Below are positions 17,983 to 27,079 of a stretch of DNA of 53,687 nucleotides, in pieces (position 1 is the stretch's first letter; the number at the start of each line of letters is the position of its first letter). Position numbers and translations under genes: made by a program. Below the pieces are notes generated by a model that made no database searches, had not been told where the DNA came from, and worked only from the letters and a program-made list of their open reading frames with translations. Source of the stretch: Clostridia bacterium (lineage in GTDB: Bacteria; Bacillota; Clostridia; Oscillospirales; CAG-272); the NCBI GenBank assembly GCA_017507985.1, contig JAFVZV010000052.1, forward strand, positions 1-53,687, written 5' to 3'.

Positions 17983-18468
17983 TTATCCTTCCACGGACAA
18001 TCCCATGCGGTCCATGATTTCTCTTTGACGCGCTCTCATATCTGCCTCGTCCTGCTCGCTTGTTTCATGATCATAGCCAAGCAAGTGAAGCATGGAATGC
18101 ACCGTCAAAAAAGCGGCTTCTCGCTCAAAGCTGTGTCCATACTCCTGTGCCTGTGCTGTCGTGCGTTCCAAATTGAGTACAATATCACCCAGCATATTTT
18201 GAATCTCATCTACAGGAGGCTCGTCCGTCTCACCTTCGAAATCAAACAACGGGAAGGACAAAACGTCCGTAGGCGCGTCAATGCCGCGGAAACGCAGATT
18301 GAGATCCTGAATGCCCTCACTGTCAGTCAGCGTCACGCTGACCTCTGCGTCATTGTTATACTGTTCATAGGCCAGCGTTTCAGCAATGGCGCGGCGAATG
18401 AGCATTTTCAGCTTATAGGTTACGGGAGTAGCGTTTTGTTCGTTTTCGTAGTATACTATCAAGTTCAT
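17983..18468 (-). CDS. ybeY: rRNA maturation RNase YbeY
   Basis: 161 aa with the metal-binding motif HSMLHLLGYDH. Confidence 0.92.
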   Translation of the reverse strand: MNLIVYYENEQNATPVTYKLKMLIRRAIAETLAYEQYNNDAEVSVTLTDSEGIQDLNLRFRGIDAPTDVLSFPLFDFEGETDEPPVDEIQNMLGDIVLNLERTTAQAQEYGHSFEREAAFLTVHSMLHLLGYDHETSEQDEADMRARQREIMDRMGLSVEG

Positions 18469-18496
18469 GATGTTTACCGTCCTTTATTTTGATGTT

Positions 18497-19537
18497 TTAG
18501 TTTTTCTTGAATTTTTTTGCCGCGAAGCTCTCGCCGCGCTTTTCATTTTCGGCACGCCGCTCGTTTTCAAATCGGTCGTAAGCCTGAATGATCTTTTGCA
18601 CCAGGTGATGGCGCACCACGTCGCGCTCGGTAAAGTGGTGGATGGAAATGTCCTCAATATCCTGAAGAATTTTGACCGCTAACGAAAGACCACTGCGCGT
18701 TCCGTGCGGCAGGTCGGTCTGAGTCAAATCTCCCGTGATGACTGCTTTGGAGTTAAAGCCAAGACGAGTCAGAAACATTTTCATTTGCTCGGGCGTGGCG
18801 TTTTGGGCTTCATCGAGAATGATAAACGAATCGTCCAGCGTGCGTCCGCGCATATAGGCAAGCGGCGCGACCTCAATGGTCTGCTTTTCGACACAATGCT
18901 GATAATTCTCGGGCCCCATCATTTCAAACAACGCATCGTAAAGAGGACGCAGATACGGATCGATCTTGCTTTGAAGATCGCCCGGCAAAAAGCCCAGGCG
19001 CTCGCCTGCTTCAATCGCAGGGCGAGTCAGGATGATACGGCTGACCTGCTTGTCCCGCAGCGCCTTGACCGCCATGGCGACGGCAAGGAAGGTCTTACCT
19101 GTACCGGCAGGACCGACACCAAAAATGATGGTATTTTTACGAATCGCATTGACGTAGCGACGCTGACCGACCGTCTTGGCCTTGATGGGCTTTCCGCGCG
19201 TTGTCACGCAAATGCAATCGTCGCTCATGTCGGACAGTGCGCTTTGCTCGCCTGCTCTGACCATATCGATAATATACCGCACCGATTGCTCGGGCACAGC
19301 ATCGCCTTGCTTGGCAACGGTTCGTACCGTTTCAAGCACCTGTACCGCTTGCTCAACGCCACGAGCATCATTGCCCTCAACACTGATGGCGTCCTCGCCT
19401 TCCGCACCGCCGTGGCGATTGCGAATAACAACGGCAAATGCTCGCTCAATCAGCGTAACGTTGGCATCAAACGGGCCAAACATACGGGAGGTGACCTCAG
19501 CACTTGGTAAGTTTATAATCTTTTTGTGTTGACTCAT
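18497..19537 (-). CDS. phoH: PhoH family ATPase
   Basis: Walker A GPAGTGKT. ATG at 19537 behind GGAGG; the ORF-track start at 19567 is an upstream extension. Confidence 0.9.
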   Translation of the reverse strand: MSQHKKIINLPSAEVTSRMFGPFDANVTLIERAFAVVIRNRHGGAEGEDAISVEGNDARGVEQAVQVLETVRTVAKQGDAVPEQSVRYIIDMVRAGEQSALSDMSDDCICVTTRGKPIKAKTVGQRRYVNAIRKNTIIFGVGPAGTGKTFLAVAMAVKALRDKQVSRIILTRPAIEAGERLGFLPGDLQSKIDPYLRPLYDALFEMMGPENYQHCVEKQTIEVAPLAYMRGRTLDDSFIILDEAQNATPEQMKMFLTRLGFNSKAVITGDLTQTDLPHGTRSGLSLAVKILQDIEDISIHHFTERDVVRHHLVQKIIQAYDRFENERRAENEKRGESFAAKKFKKN

Positions 19538-19563
19538 ACTTTGCCTCCGGCAACAAAAAACTT

Positions 19564-20766
19564 TCATTCAGGAACGCGCTCACCAGACTCTGTTGCAAAA
19601 GGCAACGGCACAGCGATATTTTCAAGGCTTGTGTATGTGCACGTCAGCACACACGCTTCGTCCGTAAGTTCACAGGTCACACGCCGGGACAATAGCATCG
19701 CATCGCGTGTGGCCATTGTCAGTTCGCGTCCCAATTGTTCGTATGCCCGCTTTTGTGCCTCATCGGGTGCAAGATTAACCGTATGCATTTCATACGGTCG
19801 CACCTCGACGGTTTCCATCGAAACAGGCAGGGCGGCATTGCCAAACAGACTGTATATTTCCAGTCTCTTTATTGTATCACAATTCCCCCCTATAATTCCA
19901 GTACTTTTTGTAACTTTTATTGCTTTTCCGAAAAAAAACAGTGTTTTTTCTCTCTTTTTTTCGCCTGTATAGACTTTTTGCTCATAAGACAGCGGAATTT
20001 CGACTCTGATCATATGCGTCGTGCGAGCCATCACCTCGCCTCGCGCCTCGGTCAGTGCAAAACCATCGACACCAACATCGCGCACCCCCGAGATAAGAAG
20101 CTGCCCTTTTCGCACCAGATCTCCCGGCTTGACGACCACCTCACCCGCCATCAGTCTGACCGACTCGACGATACCCTCGCCACCTGCCACCAAATTGACC
20201 GTCTCTCCGTTTGAGCCAGCCTCATCAGGCGTAAGCAAGGGCCGGATCTGTACGTAGGCAACTGTGCCCCGCATATTGATTGACACCCATGCGATACCTT
20301 GCGAAGTCGTCAACAGGCGGCTTTCGATCTCGTCTGTTTCCAGATCGGGAATCCAATCGCCAACCGAAAGTCCACATACAGCCAGCTGCTCACGCATATG
20401 AATATGGCTCACGTCTCCCTCTGCCTCAATACGCACGTCCCACACCACATGACAGGACAGCCACACCAAAATGCAGGCCAGCAAGCCGCCCACCGCCAAG
20501 CCCGCGCGGCGACGGTAACGATAAAAAAAGCGCGGCAGACCGCCATAGATCACATTGCACACCTCAATGCCACATTGAGCGCAGTGCTTCAGCAAAGCCG
20601 ACGAAATGGCAAGACGGCATCGATAGCAATACGTATCCTCATCATCATGAGCAGTAACCGGTTGATATAAAAACCCCTTTTCGTGGCAAAGATTTAAAAA
20701 GCAGACCGCGTGTGCCGCGCGCACGTAAAATTCACAATATCCTAAAATCACATACTCAAGCCGCAT
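19564..20766 (-). CDS. yqfD: Sporulation protein YqfD
   Basis: About 400 aa with one central TM. Sits immediately after yqfC and before phoH, the conserved Firmicute order. ATG at 20766 behind GAGGAGG. Confidence 0.8.
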   Translation of the reverse strand: MRLEYVILGYCEFYVRAAHAVCFLNLCHEKGFLYQPVTAHDDEDTYCYRCRLAISSALLKHCAQCGIEVCNVIYGGLPRFFYRYRRRAGLAVGGLLACILVWLSCHVVWDVRIEAEGDVSHIHMREQLAVCGLSVGDWIPDLETDEIESRLLTTSQGIAWVSINMRGTVAYVQIRPLLTPDEAGSNGETVNLVAGGEGIVESVRLMAGEVVVKPGDLVRKGQLLISGVRDVGVDGFALTEARGEVMARTTHMIRVEIPLSYEQKVYTGEKKREKTLFFFGKAIKVTKSTGIIGGNCDTIKRLEIYSLFGNAALPVSMETVEVRPYEMHTVNLAPDEAQKRAYEQLGRELTMATRDAMLLSRRVTCELTDEACVLTCTYTSLENIAVPLPFATESGERVPE

Positions 20767-21077
20767 ACATCCTCCTCGCACGTCCCATCCTCACGTCCTA
20801 AGACGATGTGGTAGATTCTGCCCTCTACCACCACCGCATCAGGATGATAGCTCAAGCATATCAATTCTTCTCCGAGCACGGTGATTTCGCACGCATCGGG
20901 ATCGCGAAGCGCCAGCCGTATGCGGCGATTGCCGTATTCGAGTATCTTCTCACAGCCTTGCAGGGTCAACTGCCGACAGCCCTGCATTTCACCGCGCAGG
21001 CAATGTCCCATGGCGCAATCATACCGATCCCGCATTCGTCGCCACAGGGAGACTCTCTTTTGTTTTTGTTCTTTCAT
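20748..21077 (-). CDS. yqfC: Sporulation protein YqfC (YabP/YqfC family)
   Basis: 109 aa. Assigned from position upstream of yqfD and from size. Its ATG overlaps the ylbJ-like stop by 4 nt. Confidence 0.7.
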   Translation of the reverse strand: MKEQKQKRVSLWRRMRDRYDCAMGHCLRGEMQGCRQLTLQGCEKILEYGNRRIRLALRDPDACEITVLGEELICLSYHPDAVVVEGRIYHIVLGREDGTCEEDVCGLSM

Positions 21078-22231
21078 CTCTCACAGCCTCGTTTCTTTTT
21101 GTTTTGCATACTGTAACATCGGATCGCGATCACCAGAGCCACCGCGAATAGCACGTTACACACCATGCCGAATCCATGCGCAAAGTGACCTACCCATGCC
21201 GCGCTTCCGCTGACCATCATATCCCGCAATGCCGTTGACTCGGGCAAGCGATCAAGTTGTACCAATCCTGTTTTGATAAGCAAGATCATACCCCCACCGC
21301 ATAGCAACGCCTGCAAAATACGCGACAGCCAAAACCACCCCATGGCCACAGGGCATCCCTCACAAACAGCCAGCATCTGGCAATGCACAGACAGCCCCGC
21401 CCAGCCTACGATGGCAGCGCAAAGAGCAGCCGCCACCGCAGGCGGGCAAAGTGCGGATGCCTCACACACCCCCGTCGACAATTCGAACACCCCATAGATC
21501 ACCGCCCGCGCAAGGCCGCCGATAGACAGCCCGTCAAGCGTGTGCATCAGCGTGCCGACAAAAGCTGAAAATAAAAGCACCGTCGCACATACGTTGAGCA
21601 TTCCCGTAGCCGCAGAGGTTATCGCCATAGGCAGCAGTTGCCCCTGTGACGCTTCACCGCGCGGTGCGCTTTGCCCGACACCATACTGCCAAGCATTTTT
21701 CCGCGGCAGTAAAAAACGAAACAGCATACCTGCCGCAAGCGATGAAACAAGAGCCAGCGCAACCAGCCATCGCCCAAGCGAGGCATTGCCAAACAGCGCA
21801 ACCCCCACGGCGCTGACCAAAAACGCAGAGCTTGGCACGTTGCAGCTGCAAACAATCACATGAAACTGCCGTTTGGTCAGCCGTCCCGCGCGATAATAGT
21901 CTGCGGCCGCTCGACTGCCTACGGGAAAGCCGCACAGCCAGCCCAGGATCAAAGCGCAAACGCCCTCATCCGGCACATCAAGCAACGGTCGTAAAATGCG
22001 GGCAGGATAGCGCGAGGCCAGCTCACCTGCACCGCTTTTCACAATCAATTCAGACACGACCATAAAGGGAAACAGCGAGGGGATCATTGTGCGAACGCAG
22101 ATCAACATTCCTCTGCGCATATGCTCCATGGTAATATGCGAGTATCTGATCAGCAATACTGCCATCAAAAGCGCCATGCCGCCGAACAGAATCTTTGTAT
22201 ACGAGAGGCGCGCTTTTGTTTGAATATACAT
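21074..22231 (-). CDS. ylbJ: Sporulation integral membrane protein YlbJ-like (nucleoside-recognition/Gate domain)
   Basis: 385-aa polytopic membrane ORF with RBS AAGGAGG. The IPSLFPFMVVSELIV motif is typical of YlbJ-type proteins. Confidence 0.7.
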   Translation of the reverse strand: MYIQTKARLSYTKILFGGMALLMAVLLIRYSHITMEHMRRGMLICVRTMIPSLFPFMVVSELIVKSGAGELASRYPARILRPLLDVPDEGVCALILGWLCGFPVGSRAAADYYRAGRLTKRQFHVIVCSCNVPSSAFLVSAVGVALFGNASLGRWLVALALVSSLAAGMLFRFLLPRKNAWQYGVGQSAPRGEASQGQLLPMAITSAATGMLNVCATVLLFSAFVGTLMHTLDGLSIGGLARAVIYGVFELSTGVCEASALCPPAVAAALCAAIVGWAGLSVHCQMLAVCEGCPVAMGWFWLSRILQALLCGGGMILLIKTGLVQLDRLPESTALRDMMVSGSAAWVGHFAHGFGMVCNVLFAVALVIAIRCYSMQNKKKRGCER

Positions 22232-22324
22232 ATCTGCCCCTCCTTTTTTACTGTTTTATTGTACGCATGCGATATGTTTTTTATGATTGTGCTCTCCTTT
22301 TCACGGAAAAATCAGCCAAAGTTC

Positions 22325-22353
22325 TTGTATATTTCGTTTTTTTCGTCTATAAT
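22325..22353 (+). promoter_or_regulatory. Putative SigA promoter (TTGTAT-17-TATAAT)
   Basis: TTGTAT at 22325-22330 and TATAAT at 22348-22353, about 30 nt upstream of the pseudouridine synthase ATG. Confidence 0.5.
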
Positions 22354-22385
22354 ATCAGAGGAAGCAGATCTTTGGAGGTGAGGAC

Positions 22386-23318
22386 ATGCAATATATCATA
22401 CAGGCAAGGAATGACGGCGTATTGCTACGCGATTATCTTTTGCGTACACTCGGTCTTTCCCACCGTCTGATCACCCGACTCAAGCAGACGCCCCGAGGCA
22501 TTCTGCTCAATGGCGAGAGCGTGACCGTTCGTGCTGTATTGCATCAAAATGACGTGCTGATACTGGCATGGGAAGACACGTCTGAGACGCCGCACGGCAC
22601 CATCATCCCCTCGGACGCATGGCCAACCGTTTTATACGAGGATGCAGATATACTGGTCTGTAACAAGCCCCATGGTATGCCCACACACCCCTCTCACGGA
22701 CACTTTGACGATACGCTGGCCAATGCCGTTGCCCACTACGAGCTGGCAACGATGGGGCACGCTCCCGTCTTTCGTTCTGTTAATCGCCTGGATCGCGATA
22801 CCAGTGGCGCGGTATTGCTTGCCCGCAATCAATTAGCCGCCGCGCGATTGTCGGTTGCCATGCACGAAGGTCGTATCCATAAAAATTATCTGGCATTGCT
22901 TGAGGGCATATTGCCTCAGCGCCAAGGCGAGATCGACCTTCCCATTCGCCGTACCAAGGAGAGCATCATCACCCGTGAGGTCTGTTCTCCCGATGCTGTC
23001 GGTGCACACGCGGCTAAAACGCGCTACGCTGTCATTGCCAGTTGGAACGTCGGCACATACGCCCGCACGTTGGTCAAGGCACAACCGCTGACGGGGCGCA
23101 CCCATCAGCTTCGCGTTCACTTTGCTCATTTAGGAGCTCCCATCGCAGGAGATACACTATACGGCGAACACACAGAGGGAATTCCTACCCCCACGCGTCA
23201 GGCGCTTCACGCCTATTCTCTGGTCTTCCCTCACCCAACGACAGGAAAAATCGTGACGGTCGTCGCGCCGCTCAGTTCTGATCTGCGCGCGTTTTTGCCC
23301 GACCATAATATAACATAA
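22386..23318 (+). CDS. RluA/RluD family pseudouridine synthase
   Basis: N-terminal S4-like domain and catalytic motif NRLDRDTSG. RBS GGAGGTGAGG. Confidence 0.9.
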   Translation: MQYIIQARNDGVLLRDYLLRTLGLSHRLITRLKQTPRGILLNGESVTVRAVLHQNDVLILAWEDTSETPHGTIIPSDAWPTVLYEDADILVCNKPHGMPTHPSHGHFDDTLANAVAHYELATMGHAPVFRSVNRLDRDTSGAVLLARNQLAAARLSVAMHEGRIHKNYLALLEGILPQRQGEIDLPIRRTKESIITREVCSPDAVGAHAAKTRYAVIASWNVGTYARTLVKAQPLTGRTHQLRVHFAHLGAPIAGDTLYGEHTEGIPTPTRQALHAYSLVFPHPTTGKIVTVVAPLSSDLRAFLPDHNIT

Positions 23319-23347
23319 ATCGGCCGTCTTGCGGCCACGGAGGATAT

Positions 23348-24502
23348 ATGATATTCAAAAAGAAAGCTCCAACCGCTCACAGCAAAGTCGCGCCTACAGA
23401 GACCCGACCGCGCTGTGAACAATTGCCCCGTATTTGTATCATTTCATTTATCATCACGGGAATATGCGGTATTTTGACAATCGCATTTCGCCTGTTTCCC
23501 GGCTTTGCCGATTGGTTCAATCGCACGATCAGTCAGGCCTTTCGCTTTGTATTTGCCAAGCTGACCTCCTTTTTACCCTTCTCATTTGCTGAGATCCTAC
23601 TCATGCTGTCGCCGCTGATTTTGATTGCACTGGTTATTTACGCCATAAAGACGCATGCAAAAAGCTGGCGATCGGTCAGTATGTACCTGCTCAAGGTCGT
23701 CAGTGCCGTTTGCGTGTTTGCCATTTTATTTGTCACCAATTTTGCCGCCGGCTATTACGGCGTTACGTTGGACGACAAGTCCAAACTGGATCTGGACCGT
23801 GAAAAGGTAAGCGCCGAGGAGCTGTATGCCGCTGCTGTTCATTTGATTGACAACATCCATCGCGATGCTGAACAGGTGGATTTTATCGAAAAGGACTTTT
23901 CAGTCATGCCCTATTCGATCGGCGAAATGAATCAAAAGCTACTCACCGCCTATGATAATTTTTGCGCCGAATATGACTTTATCGCCCATTTTAACAGCCG
24001 TGTCAAGCCCGTGATCCTCAGCGAAGCCATGTCCTACACTCATATCACAGGTGTTTATTCTTACTTTACCGGCGAAGCCAACATCAACGTCAATTTCCCC
24101 GATTATACAATTCCCTACACAGCGGCACATGAAATGGCACATCAGCGCGGCATCGCTCGCGAGGACGAGGCCAATTTCATCGCCTTTCTCGTTTGCATTT
24201 CCTCGGATGACGCTTACATTCGCTACAGCGGCTATTTGAATCTGTACGAATACGTGGCATCCTCGCTGTACTCTGCCGACCCGGGCTTGTATGTGCAGGC
24301 ACGCAATCAACTGCCGATGACCGTCCGCTATGAAATGAGCGCATACAGCAAGTTTTTTGATAAATACCGCGACTCGGTGGCAGGCGAAGTCAGCGGCACC
24401 ATCAACGACCTCTATCTCAAGGGCAATGGCACCGAAGGGACCCGCAGCTATGGGCTTGTCGTTGATCTGGCCGTGGCCTATGATAAAAAACTGAATCCGT
24501 AA
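23348..24502 (+). CDS. DUF3810-like membrane-associated zinc metallopeptidase-like protein
   Basis: Three N-terminal TM segments and an HExxH motif in AAHEMAHQRGIAREDEANF. Confidence 0.7.
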   Translation: MIFKKKAPTAHSKVAPTETRPRCEQLPRICIISFIITGICGILTIAFRLFPGFADWFNRTISQAFRFVFAKLTSFLPFSFAEILLMLSPLILIALVIYAIKTHAKSWRSVSMYLLKVVSAVCVFAILFVTNFAAGYYGVTLDDKSKLDLDREKVSAEELYAAAVHLIDNIHRDAEQVDFIEKDFSVMPYSIGEMNQKLLTAYDNFCAEYDFIAHFNSRVKPVILSEAMSYTHITGVYSYFTGEANINVNFPDYTIPYTAAHEMAHQRGIAREDEANFIAFLVCISSDDAYIRYSGYLNLYEYVASSLYSADPGLYVQARNQLPMTVRYEMSAYSKFFDKYRDSVAGEVSGTINDLYLKGNGTEGTRSYGLVVDLAVAYDKKLNP

Positions 24503-24503
24503 C

Positions 24504-24540
24504 AAAAAACCGTAGCTTCTTTACAAAAGCTACGGTTTTT
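24504..24540. terminator. Bidirectional intrinsic terminator
   Basis: A-run, then CCGTAGCTT / AAGCTACGG hairpin, then T-run, between convergent genes. Confidence 0.75.
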
Positions 24541-24554
24541 CATATACACTATCA

Positions 24555-24794
24555 TTACGTATCTTCTTGAGCTTCGCCATCGTGAGTCAGTATGGCCGCA
24601 CTGCCGTTTTTGCGAATGACCAAAACGGCCTGCTCACCGCCCAAGATAAAGGGCTCCTGCCGCTCACCGCGAGGCAGCTCGTATCGCTCACCGTCAATTT
24701 CCAACACAACGTGCCGCCAAAAAACGCTGCAACGATAAATAAGTTTATGCTCTACGCCGTCCAGTGTGACGGTAAATCGCTGTACCCTGGCCAT
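24555..24794 (-). CDS. Hypothetical 79-aa protein
   Basis: ATG at 24794 lies 1 nt after the upstream TGA (TGAcATG). The ORF is followed by the terminator. No family recognised. The ORF-track start at 24845 overlaps the upstream gene and is unlikely. Confidence 0.5.
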   Translation of the reverse strand: MARVQRFTVTLDGVEHKLIYRCSVFWRHVVLEIDGERYELPRGERQEPFILGGEQAVLVIRKNGSAAILTHDGEAQEDT

Positions 24795-24795
24795 G

Positions 24796-26277
24796 TCAGC
24801 TCTCCGCAGGCGGTTGTCCGTCACCCTCGGCAACAAGCACCTCATCCTGTTTCTTTTTTTGCTTCAAAGCAACAACAACGGCATCTATGCCGATGATGGT
24901 GAATACCATCAAAATCAACAGAATCTTAGCCTTCTGCTGGGTCTGACGGGCGCGCAGGGCACTCTCGTTGTTTTGATTGTTTTCATTTTCCGTTCCCGGT
25001 CCGGGCGTGGGAGGCAGAGGAAGCTGCTGTTCGCCATCGTCAGGAATATCCTCCGGAGGATTTTCGGGAGGGTTATCAGGGTTGTCATCAGGCGTATCAT
25101 CCGGCTTTTCTTCACGTGCGATGGGCGTGGCGCCCAGGATCAGATTTTCAATGGATCGGGGGGCAGAAAAGTAGATATTATCCACACGGAAGGTCCAGAC
25201 ATTACCCTTGGCTTGCGTAATATCTAAAGTATGGAAACGAAGATAATTGATCGCCGCCATGTTCGGAGCTCCATCACACGTACTTGCTGCTGCGATCGGT
25301 AATCGAATATGATTCCACCCCTCGTGCAGGACATATTTGTCCAGCGACCAACAGTACTCCTGGTGGTCACACGTTCCGGAAGACGTGATCTCAAACTGAA
25401 TGGCATATCGGCAGTGCTCAAACGCACTAAGATCCGACACATATACGTCCATTTCAACGTGAGTCGCACCCGTAGCATTCATGGGCTCATATGTTTTTTG
25501 CGAAACCAAATGTCTCTGCTCGGGCAATACCACTTGGTATTGAATACTAGCCGTTCCCTGCTTCTTATTGGCTGTGTCGCACAACGGAGGAGCGGCATAT
25601 CCGGCATCTCCGATTCCCGACCAACCGTCTGCAGTATCACACATATCCACAGTACGCAGCTTATGGTATTCGACAATTGTTGCCGTGATATTATCGATCT
25701 TGATCTCAACATCTTCAAGATCTTCCGTCGGATTGACATGGAAGAATTGCAGACAAAAATAGTTTAGGTTTGTATCCTTGAAGGACCGATTGATGGCTTC
25801 ATTGACCGGCAAGCTGATGCGATACCATCCACTTTCCTGAATGCCGCTGAAGGCATCCTCATACCAGGTAATCAACTCGCTATCCGGTGACTTTGAGGAA
25901 CCAAAATCCAAAGCAATGATCTGCGAGGCGGTCAACAGTGCAGGATCGGAAATATAAAAGTCAAACGAAAATGCTCCTACGCCGCTGACATCGACATCAT
26001 CAAACGTCGCGCGCACCGACAAAATGGCATTGCTGTCTTGCGCCACATCCAACGTGACCGATACACAGCCCTCGCCCTGCGTGAAATCCTCGGTATCCAG
26101 AGCCAATTCACCGTCAGCCGTCCAGCCGTCCAGTGTTTCAGCTCCGTTTGCGACAGTCTCCGGCAGTGCAGAGGTCTGCGAGGATTGTTGTGCGGATACC
26201 GTCGGAAGGGGAAGCACACACAAAATCATAAAACAAAGAAATAGTCCCAATATGCGTCGTGCCGGTTTCATTTGCAC
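24796..26277 (-). CDS. Secreted, C-terminally membrane-anchored protein with two tandem jelly-roll/CBM-like modules and a Pro/Asp/Glu-rich stalk
   Basis: Signal peptide ending VSA-QQ. Two roughly 175-aa repeats share DGW..., ...D(V/F)Y(I/V)SD..., GW(Y/N)(R/H)I(S/R)LP, NY(F/L)..., DNI. The stalk EEKPDDTPDDNPDNPPENPPEDIPDD is followed by a TM helix ILLILMVFTIIGIDAVVVAL. Confidence 0.7.
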   Translation of the reverse strand: MQMKPARRILGLFLCFMILCVLPLPTVSAQQSSQTSALPETVANGAETLDGWTADGELALDTEDFTQGEGCVSVTLDVAQDSNAILSVRATFDDVDVSGVGAFSFDFYISDPALLTASQIIALDFGSSKSPDSELITWYEDAFSGIQESGWYRISLPVNEAINRSFKDTNLNYFCLQFFHVNPTEDLEDVEIKIDNITATIVEYHKLRTVDMCDTADGWSGIGDAGYAAPPLCDTANKKQGTASIQYQVVLPEQRHLVSQKTYEPMNATGATHVEMDVYVSDLSAFEHCRYAIQFEITSSGTCDHQEYCWSLDKYVLHEGWNHIRLPIAAASTCDGAPNMAAINYLRFHTLDITQAKGNVWTFRVDNIYFSAPRSIENLILGATPIAREEKPDDTPDDNPDNPPENPPEDIPDDGEQQLPLPPTPGPGTENENNQNNESALRARQTQQKAKILLILMVFTIIGIDAVVVALKQKKKQDEVLVAEGDGQPPAES

Positions 26278-26436
26278 CTCTTTCCGCCCTCTGCGTACAG
26301 ATGGGCATCATACTACGCATAGTTTAACAGAATTTCAATGCAATGTCAAGTTGCTCTTGTAATATTTGGCTAAAACGACGAATTTTTTATAAATTCTTTT
26401 GTTAAAAGTATGAAGCAAAAAATATGCCGATTCCTC

Positions 26437-26465
26437 TTGCAAAAGTCTCGTTTTGGGATTATAAT
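26437..26465 (+). promoter_or_regulatory. SigA promoter (TTGCAA-17-TATAAT)
   Basis: TTGCAA at 26437-26442 and TATAAT at 26460-26465. The leader to the ATG at 26494 is only about 25 nt. Confidence 0.6.
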
Positions 26466-26493
26466 ATTGACATCCTGTTCTCGAGGTTTTGTT

Positions 26494-27036
26494 ATGAAAC
26501 AACATTCTGTTCATTTACGCAACCTGGTCATGTCTGCTTTGTTTGCCGCTTTGATCTACGTTTCAACACGATTTTTTCAAATTCCCATTCCGGCAACGGG
26601 CGGCTATATCCATCCGGGGGACTGCCTTTGCCTGCTTGCCGCTTGGATGCTTCCCCTTCCCTATGGCTTGGCCGCTTCCGCTATCGGCACTATGCTGGCC
26701 GATTTACTCAGCGGATATGCGGCTTATGCCTTGCCCTCGTTTGTCATAAAGGCTACGGTTGCTCTTGTAGCGGGTGCCCTGTTTCGTCGGCTGTATCGCG
26801 GCGTTCCCACCTTCAAAAGAACGTTACTCCCTTGTCTTGTCAGCGGCTTTACTGCCGAGATCTTTATGGTGCTCGGATACTTTTTCTTCAGTGCCGTCAT
26901 TCGTGGCGGTGGCCTTGCTGCAGCAATCAGCATCCCCGGCGACTCTTTGCAGGCCGCTTTCGGTATTGTCACAGCTACTATGCTGTTTTGTCCTTTGGCA
27001 AGCAGAATACTGCCAAGACTGCAAAAATTACTGTAA
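26494..27036 (+). CDS. ECF transporter S (substrate-capture) component, substrate unknown
   Basis: About 180 aa with six hydrophobic segments and the motif IPATGGYIHPGD typical of ECF S components. No EcfA/EcfT genes are adjacent. ORF-track starts at 26410 and 26424 lie upstream of or across the promoter. Confidence 0.7.
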   Translation: MKQHSVHLRNLVMSALFAALIYVSTRFFQIPIPATGGYIHPGDCLCLLAAWMLPLPYGLAASAIGTMLADLLSGYAAYALPSFVIKATVALVAGALFRRLYRGVPTFKRTLLPCLVSGFTAEIFMVLGYFFFSAVIRGGGLAAAISIPGDSLQAAFGIVTATMLFCPLASRILPRLQKLL

Positions 27037-27040
27037 CGCC

Positions 27041-27075
27041 AAAACTGCTCGATGCGCAACGCATCGAGCAGTTTT
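27041..27075. terminator. Bidirectional intrinsic terminator
   Basis: AAAACTGCTCGATGCG-CAA-CGCATCGAGCAGTTTT perfect hairpin between convergent genes. Confidence 0.8.
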
Positions 27076-27079
27076 ACTT

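Noticed and set aside
26278-26493. Possible vitamin riboswitch upstream of the ECF S-component gene
   Set aside because: A good TTGCAA-17-TATAAT promoter sits only about 25 nt before the ATG, leaving no room for an aptamer. No riboswitch consensus is visible further upstream.
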